Shown here: positions 20,584 to 31,478 of the stretch, one piece after another
How positions within the stretch are numbered: the stretch's first letter is position 1
Layout: the number at the start of each line of letters is the position of its first letter
Assembly (NCBI GenBank): GCA_963747235.1
Contig: CAVVEU010000028.1
Location: forward strand, 1-64,000
DNA: 64,000 nucleotides
Direction of reading: 5' to 3'
Source of the DNA: an uncultured Candidatus Rokubacteria bacterium
Lineage (GTDB): Bacteria; Methylomirabilota; Methylomirabilia; Rokubacteriales; CSP1-6
Program-made: the position numbers and the translations under genes
Notes under the pieces: model-generated
What the model was told of the DNA's origin: nothing
Database searches by the model: none
The model's input: the letters and a program-made list of their open reading frames with translations, nothing else

Positions 20584-21762
20584 TCACCCCATCGGGTCCA
20601 CGTCGGGGAAGCCCAGCAGGATCTGGCCGAGGCGCTCGTAGGCCGAGTCGCTCACCATGAGGTGCTGCGCGCCCGCGTTGATGTCGCGGAGACAGCGCTG
20701 CAGCACCCCGGTGCGGTAGAGCGCGCCGCCGCCGGCCGCGCGGAAGAGGCCGGTCACGACCTCCACGGCGGTCTCGGTCGCGTAGGTGGCCACGCTGCGC
20801 AGCTCGGCCTGCTGGCGCCGCGTGAGGGTGCCGCCCGCGCCGACCGTCGCCCAGGCCGCCTCGAAGAGCTCGATGGCGCCCGCCCGCACCGCGCGGAGGC
20901 GGATCTCGCCCTCGCCGAGCCGCGCCTGGAAGGCGGCCCGCGCGGCCAGCGGCGACGCGGTGACGAGGCCGCGCGACTTCGATTGCGCCAGCTCGGCCGC
21001 GGCGCCGAGGGCGCGGCGCATGATGCCGAGCGCGAAGGCCACGTGCTCGTAGGCCACGAAGGCGGGCATGCCGAGCCGGAACAGCGCGCCGCCCCGGCGC
21101 GGCTTCGCGGTGGCGGGGTTCCAGGCGAAGGCGGCGGGCACGAAGCAATCGGTGACGGAGAAGTCGCTGCTGCCGGTGCCCTCGAGGCCGGCGACCTTCC
21201 AGTTGTCGTGGATCTCCGCGGCCGCGGCCGGGATGACCACGATGTGGCGCTCGCCCGGGTCCTGCGCGTCGCGGCGGACCATCGCGCCGGCGGTGAGCCA
21301 CTCGGCGTGGCGCACGCCGCTGGCGAAGGGCCAGCGTCCGGTGAGCCGGTAGCCGCCGTCCACCGGCGTGGCGGTGCCGGTCGGCAGGATGGCGACGGCG
21401 GCGGGCGGAACACGGCCGCCCGCCAGGATCGTGGCGATCGCCTCGTCGGGGAGAAACCCGGCGGGCAGGCCCACCGCGGTGGTCGCGACCATGAGGCACC
21501 AGCCGGCCGAGGCGTCCACGTGCGTGAGCGCCTCGAGCACCTCGAGCTGGGTGACCGGATCCGCCTCGGCGCCGCCCAGCGACTCGGGGACCTTCAGCGC
21601 AAGGAGCCCCGAGTCGGCGAGCGCGCGCACGGTCGCCGGCGGCAAGGTCCGCAGGCGCTCGGCTTCCTCCGCGCCGGCCGCGACGACGTCGCGGATGGCC
21701 TCCACCGCGGCGAGCAGGTGCGCGCGCTTCGCGGCACGCTCGCGAGGAAACCCCGGGCTCAT
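20584..21762 (-). CDS. Acyl-CoA dehydrogenase-fold flavin-dependent monooxygenase
   Basis: GYRLTGRWPFASG, DNWKVAGLEGTGS, QRCLRDINAGAQH. Confidence 0.85.
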   Translation of the reverse strand: MSPGFPRERAAKRAHLLAAVEAIRDVVAAGAEEAERLRTLPPATVRALADSGLLALKVPESLGGAEADPVTQLEVLEALTHVDASAGWCLMVATTAVGLPAGFLPDEAIATILAGGRVPPAAVAILPTGTATPVDGGYRLTGRWPFASGVRHAEWLTAGAMVRRDAQDPGERHIVVIPAAAAEIHDNWKVAGLEGTGSSDFSVTDCFVPAAFAWNPATAKPRRGGALFRLGMPAFVAYEHVAFALGIMRRALGAAAELAQSKSRGLVTASPLAARAAFQARLGEGEIRLRAVRAGAIELFEAAWATVGAGGTLTRRQQAELRSVATYATETAVEVVTGLFRAAGGGALYRTGVLQRCLRDINAGAQHLMVSDSAYERLGQILLGFPDVDPMG

Positions 21763-21859
21763 AGGTGGGCGACCTTAGCCGGAGACCCCGCGGAGGTCAA
21801 GGATCGCGGGACGCGCTTGACGCTGCTCCCACGCCCGCGTCAGTATCCCCCGAGTCCCC

Positions 21860-23032
21860 ATGACCTCCGCGTCCCCCTTCGTCCCCGGCCCCGCGGTCCG
21901 GATCGCCGGCGCCCCCGGCGGCCCGCTCGCCGGCCTGACCTTCGCGGCCAAGGATCTCTTCGACGTCGCGGGCCATCCGACCGGCGGCGGCAACCCGGAC
22001 TGGGCGCGCTGGTACCCGGTGCCGACGCGGCACGCCTGGGCGGTGCAGCGCCTGCTCGACGCCGGCGCGACGCTGATCGGCAAGACGATCACCGACGAGG
22101 TCTCGCTCGGCATCCTCGGGGAGAACGCCTTCGACGGCACGCCGCTGAATCCGAGCGCGCCCGACCGCGTGCCGGGCGGATCGTCCTCGGGCTCGGCCTC
22201 GGCGGTGGCCCAGGGCCTCTGCGACACCGCGCTCGGCACCGACACCGGCGGCTCGGTGCGGGTGCCGGCGAGCTTCTGCGGCCTCCACGGCATCCGGCCC
22301 ACGCACGGCCGCCTCGACCTCACCGGCATGCTGCCGCAGGCGCCCACCTCCGACACCACCGGCTGGTTCGCCCGCGACGCGCAGACGTTCGCGCGGGTCA
22401 GCGCGGTGATGCTCGGCGAGCCGATCCCGGCCGCGCGGCCGGCGCGCCTCGTCGTCGCGCAGGACGCCTTCGGCCTGGCCGACGAGGAGACGGCCGCCGC
22501 GCTCCAGCCGATGGTGCGCCGCCTCGCCGCGCTGGTGGGCGAGAGCCGTGAAGAGATCATGGCGCCGCCCGGCCTCACCGCCTGGGCGCGGGCCCAGCGC
22601 ACGCTGCAGCCGTGGGAGGCGTGGCTCACCTTCAAGGAGTGGATCGACCGCGACAACCCGCGGATGGCGTTCGGCGTGGCCCGCAATCTCGCGCTCGGGA
22701 GCGCGATCCCGGAGAGCGAGCGGCAGTGGGCCGCGCTGGTGCGCGCCGAGGCCCGCGCCCGGCTCACCGCGCTCCTGCCGCCGGGGACGATCCTCTGCCT
22801 GCCGACCACCCCGTTCCCCGCGCCGCTCCGGGGCCTGCCGCTCGCGACGCTCGAGCCGCTGCGCGCCCGCATCACGTGCCTGGCCGCGCACGGCGGCCTC
22901 GCCGGCCTGCCACAGGTGAGCCTGCCTGGCGCGCTCATGAACGGCCTGCCGGTGGGCCTGTCCATCCTGGGCGCGCGCGGCAGCGACGCCATGCTGGTGG
23001 CGGTGGCGCAGGCCATGGAGGCCGCGCGATGA
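21860..23032 (+). CDS. Amidase signature family amidase
   Basis: AKDLFD, GGSSSGS, GTDTGGSVRVPA. Confidence 0.9.
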   Translation: MTSASPFVPGPAVRIAGAPGGPLAGLTFAAKDLFDVAGHPTGGGNPDWARWYPVPTRHAWAVQRLLDAGATLIGKTITDEVSLGILGENAFDGTPLNPSAPDRVPGGSSSGSASAVAQGLCDTALGTDTGGSVRVPASFCGLHGIRPTHGRLDLTGMLPQAPTSDTTGWFARDAQTFARVSAVMLGEPIPAARPARLVVAQDAFGLADEETAAALQPMVRRLAALVGESREEIMAPPGLTAWARAQRTLQPWEAWLTFKEWIDRDNPRMAFGVARNLALGSAIPESERQWAALVRAEARARLTALLPPGTILCLPTTPFPAPLRGLPLATLEPLRARITCLAAHGGLAGLPQVSLPGALMNGLPVGLSILGARGSDAMLVAVAQAMEAAR

Positions 23033-23434
23033 CCGATCTCACGCCCAATCGCCCCGAGGTGGTGGCCGAGGTCCGCGCGCTGTTCGAGCGCTACGAGCAG
23101 GCGCTGATCGACAAGACGGTCGAGGTGCTCGACGCCACCTTCTGGGACAGCCCGCACACCATCCGCTACGCGCTCCACGAGAACGGCTACGGCTTCGACG
23201 CGATCCACGCCCATCGCGTGGCGCGCCCGCCGGGGCCCGGCATCAAGGAGCAGCGCCTGCGCCTCGAGATCCTCACGCTCGGCCGCGATCTCGCCACCGT
23301 GAACCTCGAGTTCAAGGTGCGCGGCCGCGACCTGGTCGGCCGCCAGAGCCAGACGTGGGTGCGCTTCCCCGGATCTCGGCTGGAAGGTCATCGCCGCGCA
23401 CGTCTCCACGATGAACGCGGCGCCGCTCTGGTGA
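23029..23434 (+). CDS. AtzH/HpxZ-like (DUF3225) protein (frameshift near 23370)
   Basis: FERYEQAL..LDATFW..TIRY..GRQSQTWVRF then GWKVIAAHVS in a shifted frame. Confidence 0.8.
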
Positions 23435-24603
23435 GCCCGGCGCCACCCGCGCCCGCGGAGCGCCTGCTGGACTGCGTGCGGATCCTCGCCCCGCTGGTCG
23501 AGGCCGAGCGCCGGAGCCTGGACGCCGAGCGGAAGCTGTCGCCGAGCCTGCTCGAGGCGCTCCACACGTCCGGCCTCTTCCGGCTGTGGCTTCCCCGGCG
23601 CTTGCACGGCGCCGAGCTCGATCCCGTCTCGGGGCTCCGCGTGATCGCGGCCGTCTCCGCGCTCGACGGCTCGGTGGGCTGGAGCGTGATGGTGGCCGCG
23701 GCGTGGGGCTTCTTCGCGGGCCGCCTCCCCGCGCGCGCGGCCGCCCGGATCTTCGGCGACCGGCGAGCCGTGGTGGCCGGGCACCTGGCGCCCTTCGGGC
23801 GGGCCGAGGCGATCAGGGGCGGCTACCGCGCGAGTGGACGCTGGCCCTTCGGCAGCGGCAGCCAGCACGCCACGTGGTTCCTCGCCCACTGCGAGCTGCG
23901 GAAGGATGGGCGGGCGCGCCGGCGGCCCACCGGGCGCCCCAGGACGCGCTTGCTCTTCGTCCCGGCCGACCAGTGCCGGATCCACGACACGTGGCACGTG
24001 ACCGGCCTGCGCGGGACGGGCAGCCACGACTACTCGGTGAAGGACGTGACGGTGCCGGCCGCGCACAGCGTGGACGTCCTGGCCGATCGGCTGACGCGGC
24101 GCGAGCGCCTGTACGCGTTCCCGCTCATCCCGTTCGTCGAGGCCGCCGTCGGGGCCGTGCCGATCGGGATCGCCCGCGCGGCTCTCGACGCGTTCACGGA
24201 GGTGGCGAAGACCAGGCGCGCGTACCGGTCACGTCGGTTGCTCCGCGCGGATCCATCCACGCAGCGGGAGATCGGCCGGGCGGAGCTGCACGTGCGCTCG
24301 GCGGAAGCGCTGCTCTTCACCGCCGTCGAGGACATGTGGCGCACGGTCCAGGCGGGCCGGCGGCCCACGCTCGAGCAGCGGGCCCAGCTCCGCGTGGGAT
24401 GCGTGAACGCCGGGGTGAGCGCGGCCCTGGCGGTGGATATCGTGTACCGTCTCGGCGGCGCGGCCTCCATCTTCGAGGGCAACCGGATCGAGCGGTGCTT
24501 CCGCGACGTCCATACCGCCGCCCAGCACAGCGCGCTGGCCCCGAGGACGCTCGAGCTGGTCGGGCAGGCGCGCCTGGGCGTGGACGCCCCGGGCCTTCTC
24601 TAG
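23431..24603 (+). CDS. Acyl-CoA dehydrogenase-fold flavin-dependent monooxygenase
   Basis: GYRASGRWPFGSG, DTWHVTGLRGTGSHD, ERCFRDVHTAAQH; GTG start overlaps previous stop. Confidence 0.85.
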   Translation: MSPAPPAPAERLLDCVRILAPLVEAERRSLDAERKLSPSLLEALHTSGLFRLWLPRRLHGAELDPVSGLRVIAAVSALDGSVGWSVMVAAAWGFFAGRLPARAAARIFGDRRAVVAGHLAPFGRAEAIRGGYRASGRWPFGSGSQHATWFLAHCELRKDGRARRRPTGRPRTRLLFVPADQCRIHDTWHVTGLRGTGSHDYSVKDVTVPAAHSVDVLADRLTRRERLYAFPLIPFVEAAVGAVPIGIARAALDAFTEVAKTRRAYRSRRLLRADPSTQREIGRAELHVRSAEALLFTAVEDMWRTVQAGRRPTLEQRAQLRVGCVNAGVSAALAVDIVYRLGGAASIFEGNRIERCFRDVHTAAQHSALAPRTLELVGQARLGVDAPGLL

Positions 24604-24619
24604 TCGCCCCGTCCCCACG

Positions 24620-24648
24620 TTGACAGCATGACCGCCCGCCCTTATGGT
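24620..24648 (+). promoter_or_regulatory. Sigma-70-type promoter
   Basis: TTGACA-N17-TATGGT upstream of AGGAGG and ATG 24674. Confidence 0.6.
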
Positions 24649-24673
24649 GTGCGGGCACAAGGAGGCCCTACCC

Positions 24674-25543
24674 ATGCTGCAGCGCCAGGTCGGTGAGGTC
24701 GTCATCAACCGTGTCATCGAGTCCGAGCGGCCGGACTTCGACGCCGCCGGGTTCTTCCCGAAGGTCACGCCCGAGCAGTGGGCGCCCTACCGGCAGCGGC
24801 TCGCGGGCTGGGCCATGGACGTCGGCCTGAACAACCTCGTGTTCCCGATGCAGTCGTTCCTGCTCCGCACGCGGCACCACACCATCGTGGTGGACACCTG
24901 CGTGGGCGACCACAAGGAGCGGGCGCGGGCCAACTGGAACATGACGTCGAGCGGCGAGTACCTGAAGCGCTTCGCCGAGACCGGCGTCCGGCCCGAGCAG
25001 GTGGACTTCGTGATGACCACGCACTTCCACACCGACCACGTCGGCTGGAACACGCGCTGGGAGAACGGGCGCTGGGTGCCGACCTTCCCCAACGCGAAGT
25101 ACGTCATGTCCGAGAAGGAGTGGACGTACTGGTCGGCCATGCACAAGGAGACCCCGCAGAACCAGATCGCGGACAGCGTGATCCCCATCGTCGAGGCGGG
25201 CCGCGCCCAGCTCGTGCGCAACGACTTCGCGATCGACGACGAGGTCCGCTTCGAGTCCACCGCGGGGCACACGCCCGACCACATGAGCGTGCACGTCCAG
25301 TCCAACGGCCAGCACGCGGTGATCACCGGCGACCTGATCCACTCCCCGGTGCAGCTCCAGGAGACCGCGTGGGTGACGCGGCCCGACTTCGACCCCCAGC
25401 AGGCCGCCGCGACCCGGCGCTCCTTCCTCGAGCGGTACTGCGAGCAGGACGTGCTCGTGTGCGCCTCACACTTCCCCTCGCCCTCCTTCGGCCGCGTCGT
25501 GCGCGAGGGCAACGGGTTCTGGTTCGAGTACGCGAAGGCCTGA
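24674..25543 (+). CDS. MBL-fold metallo-hydrolase
   Basis: THFHTDHVGWN, GHTPDH, ITGDLIH. Confidence 0.88.
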   Translation: MLQRQVGEVVINRVIESERPDFDAAGFFPKVTPEQWAPYRQRLAGWAMDVGLNNLVFPMQSFLLRTRHHTIVVDTCVGDHKERARANWNMTSSGEYLKRFAETGVRPEQVDFVMTTHFHTDHVGWNTRWENGRWVPTFPNAKYVMSEKEWTYWSAMHKETPQNQIADSVIPIVEAGRAQLVRNDFAIDDEVRFESTAGHTPDHMSVHVQSNGQHAVITGDLIHSPVQLQETAWVTRPDFDPQQAAATRRSFLERYCEQDVLVCASHFPSPSFGRVVREGNGFWFEYAKA

Positions 25544-25569
25544 GCCGACCATCTCGACAGGAGACCATC

Positions 25570-26667
25570 ATGCGCATCACCGCCGCCGTGCTCCACGACG
25601 TCAACAAGCCCTATTCGATCGAGACCGTGGAGCTCGACCCGCCCCGGCGCGGCGAGGTCCTCGTCAAGGTGCGCGCGGCCGGCGTCTGCCGCAGTGACCT
25701 GCACTTCCAGAAGGGCGAGGCGACCATCGCCCTGCCCGCGGTGCTGGGCCACGAGGGCTCCGGCACCGTCTAGGCGGTGGGAGACGGCGTGACCCTGGTC
25801 AAGCCGGGCGATCGCGTCATCCTGAGCTTCGTGCCCAACTGCGGCCACTGCCCCTCGTGCGAGACCGGGCGGCCCTACCTCTGCGACGAGCACGCGCGCA
25901 CCACCGGCAAGCTCTTCGACAACACCTCGCGCCTGCACACCCTCGCCGGCCAGGACCTGGCCCACATGGGCAAGGTGGCGTGCTTCGCCGAGCACGCGGT
26001 GGTCCCCGAGGCGGGCTGCATCCCCGCGCCCGCCGGCCTCGACTTTCCCCAGATGGCGCTCATCGGCTGCAGCGTCACCACCGGCGTCGGCGCCGCGCTG
26101 TTCAACGCGGGCGTGCAGCCGGGCGACAGCGTGGCGGTCATCGGCTGCGGCGGCGTGGGTCTGAACGTCCTGCAGGGCGCGCGGCTCGCCGGGGCCACCA
26201 CGATCGTGGCGGTGGACGTCAAGGGCGCGGCGCTCGACTTCGCGCGGAAGTTCGGCGCCACCCACATGGTGAACGCGCGCACCGAGAACGCGGTCGAGCG
26301 CGTGAAGGCGCTCACCGGCGGGGGCGCGCACTGGGCCTTCGAGGCCTACGGCAGCGGGGCCACCACCCGCATGGCGGTGGACATGGTGCGCAAGCGCGGC
26401 ACCGCGGTCATCGTGGGCATCGCCCCGATCGGCGACGACGCGGTGATCGAGCCGGTGGTCATCACGCGGATGGAGAAGACGATCCGCGGCTGCTACTACG
26501 GCACCGCCCGGCCCCGCCAGGACATGCCGCGCATCGCGGACTGGTACGGCCGCGGCCTGCTCGACATCGACGGCCTGGTGACCCGGCGCTACCCGCTGGC
26601 CGACATCAACCGGGCCTACGAGGATCTCGACACCGACCTGGTGGGGCGCGGCGTCATCGTCTTCTGA
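25570..26667 (+). CDS. Zn-dependent alcohol dehydrogenase (class III-like) with in-frame TAG at 25771-25773
   Basis: GVCRSD, GHEGSGTV*AVG, CGHCPSC, GCGGVG; TAG falls where Glu (GAG) is expected. Confidence 0.8.
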
Positions 26668-27697
26668 TGACTGTCCAGAAGAAGAACGCACGACTGGCTC
26701 GCGCTGAACGGTCGAGGAGCCGATCGAGCCCGATCTGCCGATCTGCGACCCGCATCATCATCTGTGGGACGGTGAGACCGCCCGCGTGGTCCCGCGCTAT
26801 CTCCTCGACGAGATCCTGGAGGACACGCGGGCCGGCCACAACATCGTCTCCACCGTGTTCATCGAGTGCGGCGCGATGTTCAAGCCCGACGGGCCGGAGG
26901 CCCTGCGCGCGGTCGGGGAGACCGAGTTCGTGAACGGCATCGCGGCGATGAGCGCCTCCGGCCTCTACGGCCCGACGCGCGTCGCCGCCGGCATCGTGGG
27001 CACCGCGCAGCTCCGCCTGGGCGCGGCCGCGGCGCCGGTGCTCGACGCGCAGATCGCGGCCGGGGGCGGGCGCTTCCGCGGCATCCGCCTGGGGGCGGCC
27101 TGGGATGCCGACCCGGCCGTGGGCAACCACCGCACCCGCCCGCCGCAGGGCATGCTCGGGCACGAGGACTTTCGCGCCGGCTTCGCGCTGCTGGCGCCGC
27201 GACGGCTCACGTTCGAGGCGTGGTGCTATCACCGCCAGATCCCCGACGTGACCGCGCTGGCCCGCGCCTTCCCCGACACCACGATCATCCTCGACCACTT
27301 CGGCGGCCCGCCGGGTGTCGGCTCCTACGCGGGCCGGGCCAAGGAAGTCTACGCGGAGTGGCGCGGCTTCATCACCGAGCTCGCCACCTGCCCCAACGTG
27401 GTGGCCAAGCTGGGCGGCATCAACATGGAGGTCAACGGCTTCGCCTGGCACGAGCGGCCCCGGCCGCCGTCCAGCCAGGAGCTGGCCGACGCGACGCGGC
27501 CCTACTACGAGTACACCATCGAGAAATTCGGCGTGGACCGCTGCATGTTCGAGTCCAACTTCCCGGTGGACGCGGTGAGCTGCAGCTACACCGTGCTCTG
27601 GAACTCGTTCAAGCGCCTCACCGCGAAGTACTCGGCGGCGGAGAAGGCGAAGCTGTACCACGATACCGCCGCGCGGGTGTACCGCCTCACCGGCTGA
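26667..27697 (+). CDS. Amidohydrolase family protein (N-terminal frameshifts)
   Basis: PICDPHHHLW, ILDHFGGP, RCMFESNFPVD. Confidence 0.85.
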
Positions 27698-27719
27698 TCC
27701 CGCCGGGCCGGATCGACGG

Positions 27720-27749
27720 TTGACAGGCCCGCCCGGCCCCTGCTACGGT
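27720..27749 (+). promoter_or_regulatory. Sigma-70-type promoter
   Basis: TTGACA-N18-TACGGT with TG extended -10. Confidence 0.5.
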
Positions 27750-27754
27750 CCGCG

Positions 27755-27964
27755 TGTTCGACCGTGGTAACCGTCCGAGACCGCTCCGGCCCATCCTGAG
27801 ACGGCGCGAGCGCAGGTCGTCCGTGATCGGCTTCCCGGGGCGACGGGCCCGTCAGGCCCGGGGAAGCGTGTATGCCTCGAAGGCGAGGTCTTCCGGACGT
27901 TCATCCATCACGGGCTCATCCGGCCCAGAACCCTACCCTGTCCGACGCGTTCGGGAGGTGCCCC
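27755..27964 (+). ncRNA. Candidate structured 5' leader or sRNA (unassigned)
   Basis: ~210-nt non-coding stretch with nested complementary segments found by eye. Confidence 0.35.
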
Positions 27965-29585
27965 ATGACCGCTCCCATCCGACGGCGCCCTCTCCTCGTT
28001 GCCCTGATGACGTTCACCATGCTCGCGGGCTCGCTGCTCGCGGCGACATCCGCCGTGGTCCAGGCAGCGGAGACGCCGCGCCGCGGCGGGGTCCTGCTGG
28101 CCGTGATCGGCGCGGATCCGCCGAGCCTCGACCCCCACCAGGAGAGCACCTTCGCCAACATCCAGCTGGTGGCGCCGCTGTACAACACGCTGCTCCATCT
28201 CGATCCCTACAACTATCCCGAAGATCATCGGCGACCTCGCCACCGAGTGGAAGATCTCGCCGGACGGGCTCACCTACACCTTCAAGATCCATCCGGGCGT
28301 CAAGTTCCACGACGGCTCCCCGCTGACCGCGGCCGACGTCAAGGCCACCTACGACAAGATCATCTTCCCGCCGCAGGGCGTCCGCAGCGTGCGGCAGAAC
28401 GCCTACACCGCGGTCGCCCAGGTCGAGGCGCCCGACGTCACCACGGTGGTGTTCAAGCTGAAATTCCCCTCCTCGTCGCTCCTGTCCAACCTGGCCTCGC
28501 CCTGGAACGTGATCTACCCGAAGAAGTACCTCGACCAGGACCCCAACTACTTCAAGACGCACGCGATCGGCTCCGGCCCCTTCAAGTTCAAGAGCTACAC
28601 CCGGGGCGCCACGTTCGAAGGCGAGCGCAACCCGGGCTACTGGGTCAAGGACCGCCCCTACCTGGACGGGTACAAGTTCTTCATCAGCCCGGAGACCTCG
28701 GTGCGGGCGGCGGCCGTCCGCTCGGGGCGCGCCTACGTGGAGTTCCGGGACCTGCCCAGCGCGGAAGTGGACGCGATCCGCAAGCAGCTCGGCGACAAGG
28801 TCACGGTGCAGGAGACCGCGATGACCGGCCAGTGGGGCATCGCGATCAACAACACCGCGAAGCCGTTCAACGACGTGCGGGTGCGCAAGGCGCTCACCCT
28901 GGGGATCGATCGCTACACGATGGCCAGGGTGCTGCAGCCCCTCACCGGGCTCCGCTACGTGGGCGGCCTGATGCGCCCGGGCTCGGAGTGGGCGCTGGCG
29001 CCGGCCGAGCTGGAGAAGCTCCCCGGCTTCGGGCGCGACATGGACAAGAACCGGGCGGAGGCGCGCAAGCTCCTCGCCGAGGCCGGCTATCCCAACGGCC
29101 TCAAGGTCGTCCTGAAGAACCGCAACGTGAAGCTGCCCTACCAGGACTTCGCGGTGTTCCTCATCCAGGAATGGCGCAAGATCGGGGTCGAGGCCGAGAA
29201 CCGGCCGCTCGAGACCGCGGCCTGGTTCAACGACGGGCAGAACACCGGGAACTTCGAATTGATCGTCGCCCCCACCGTGGAGTTCATGGACGACCCCGAT
29301 CAGTTCCTCGGCCGCTACGCGACCGGGAGCACCCAGAACTGGGGCCGCTTCTCCGACCCCCGGGTCGACGATCTCTTCTCGCGACAGGCCCGGTCGCTCG
29401 ATCCGGCCGAGCGCAAGCGGCTCATCCACGAGATGGAGCAGCTCGTCCTGGAGAACGCCTACGCCATGCCCGGCCTCTGGTGGTCGCGCAACCTGGTGCA
29501 CTGGACCAAGGTGAAGAACTACATCGCGCCGCCGACCCACTACACCAACCAGCGGCTCCAGGACGTCTGGCTCTCCGAGGACTGA
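27965..29585 (+). CDS. Peptide/nickel ABC transporter substrate-binding protein (frameshift near 28220)
   Basis: Signal peptide, DPPSLDPH, GSGPFKF, PFNDVRVRKAL. Confidence 0.88.
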
Positions 29586-29606
29586 TCGGTCAGGGCCGAG
29601 GGCGGC

Positions 29607-30565
29607 ATGCGCACGTACCTGACCAAGCGCCTCCTGCTGATGATCCCGACCCTGCTCGGGGTGGCCGCGGTGGTGTTCGTCATCATGCGCGTCATCCCGG
29701 GAGACGTGACGCTCCTCATCCTGGGCGGCGACCAGACCGGGCGGATCGATCCGAAGCAGGTGGCGGCGATGCGCCAGGAGCTCGGGCTGGATCAGGCGCT
29801 CGCGGTGCAGTTCGGCCAGTGGCTGTGGGGCGTGCTCCGCCTCGACTTCGGCAACTCGCTCTGGACGGGACAACCGGTCATCGAGGAGGTGCTCATCCGC
29901 CTGCCGCTGAGCCTCGAGGTGGCCATCCTGGCCACCATCGTGTCCGTGCTGCTGGCCATCCCGCTCGGCATGCTCGCGGCGGTGCGGCAGGATACGTGGG
30001 TGGACTACGTCATCCGGGTGCTGAGCATCGGGGGCCAGGCCATCCCGTCGTTCTGGGTCGGGATCCTCGTCATTCTCTTCCTGGTGATCTACTTCGGCTG
30101 GGGCCCGCCGCTCGAGTTCACCCCGCCGTGGGTGGACCCGTGGGCCAACTTCCAGCAGCTCGTCTGGCCGGTGGCGACCATCGGCTATCGCTACGCGGCG
30201 GTCACCACCCGGATGACGCGCTCCACCGTGCTCGAGGTGCTGCGCGAGGACTACATCCGCACCGCGTGGGCCAAGGGGCTGCGGAAGCGCGAGCGGTGGT
30301 CATCCGCCACGCGCTCAAGAACGCGATGCTACCGGTGATCACCCTGATCGGCACCGAGTTCGCCTTCCTCATCGGCGGCCTCGTGGTGACCGAGACCGTC
30401 TTCACCCTGAACGGGGTGGGCCGCTTCGTGGTGGACGCGGTCGCCCATCGCGACTACCCGGTGGTGCAGGCCCTCGTCTTCCTGATCGCGCTCTGCTTCG
30501 TGGTCGTCAACCTCCTGATCGACCTCACCTACGCGTGGCTCGACCCGCGCATCCGGTACCACTGA
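29607..30565 (+). CDS. Peptide ABC permease DppB-like (frameshift near 30290)
   Basis: LDFGNSL, EDYIRTAWAKGL, RHALKNA, LDPRIRY. Confidence 0.88.
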
Positions 30566-30566
30566 G

Positions 30567-31470
30567 ATGAGCGTCGACAGCTCGCTCATCGGCGCCTCCG
30601 CGACCGCGCCCCTGGCCCCGCGGCTCACCTGGCCCGAGCAGGTGTGGACCTTCGCCCGGGCCAAGCCGCTCGGCGCGGCGGGGGCCTTCATCATCCTGGT
30701 CATGCTGCTCGTGGCCCTGCCTCGCTCCCGCGCTCGCGCCCTACGACCCGTACGTGCCCGACTACGCGGCCCAGTTCGCCCGGCCCTCCGCGGACCACTG
30801 GTTCGGGACCGACGAGTTCGGGCGCGACGTGCTGAGCCGCATCATGTACGGCGCGCGCATCGCGCTCTTCGTGGGTTTCGTCGCATCCTTCGCGGGCTGC
30901 TCGCTCGGCGGGCTGCTGGGGGTCGTCAGCGCCTACTGCGGCGGCACGATGGACCTACTCCTCGAGCGGGTGATGGACGTGCTGCTCGCCTTCCCGCAGC
31001 TGATCCTGGCCCTCGCGGTGGCCTCGATCCTCGGGCCGGCGGTGCCCAACGTGGTGATCGCGGTGGCGATCCCGATCATCCCGCGGGCGGCCCGGGTGGT
31101 GCGGGCCACCGCGCTGTCCATCAAGGAGAACCAGTACGTGGAGGCGGCCCACGGCCTCGGGGCCTCGCACTACCGCGTGGTCGGGCAGCATCTCCTCCCG
31201 AACGTGTTCGCCCCCTACCTGATCATGCTGACCGCGCAGCTCGGCACCGCGATCCTCGCCGAGGCCGCGCTGTCCTACCTGGGGCTGGGCGCCGCGGAGC
31301 CGACGCCCTCGTGGGGGCTCATGCTCTCGGGCTCTGCGCCGTCCTACGCCGAGAAGGCGCCGTGGATCGGTCTCTTCCCCGGCATCGCGATCAGCCTCGC
31401 CGTCTTCGGCTTCAGCCTGTTCGGCGACTCCCTGCGGGACGCGCTCGATCCGAAGCTGCGCGGCAAGTAG
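30567..31470 (+). CDS. Peptide ABC permease DppC-like (frameshift near 30725)
   Basis: HWFGTDEFGRDVLSR, EAALSYLGLG, GDSLRDALDP. Confidence 0.88.
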
Positions 31471-31478
31471 CCGACGAC

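Noticed and set aside
22612-24603. Apparent AtzH-monooxygenase fusion ORF
   Set aside because: Caused by a frameshift near 23370; the AtzH C-terminus and its TGA (23432-23434) are in another frame.
26700-26715. TGA near the amidohydrolase N-terminus as a possible Sec codon
   Set aside because: Lies in an indel-disrupted stretch (CTG-A-ACG), is not at a Cys position, and has no GUU hairpin.
27845-27868. Resemblance to SRP RNA helix 8 (GTCAGG...GGAAGC)
   Set aside because: Lacks the GGAA tetraloop and AGCAG signature.
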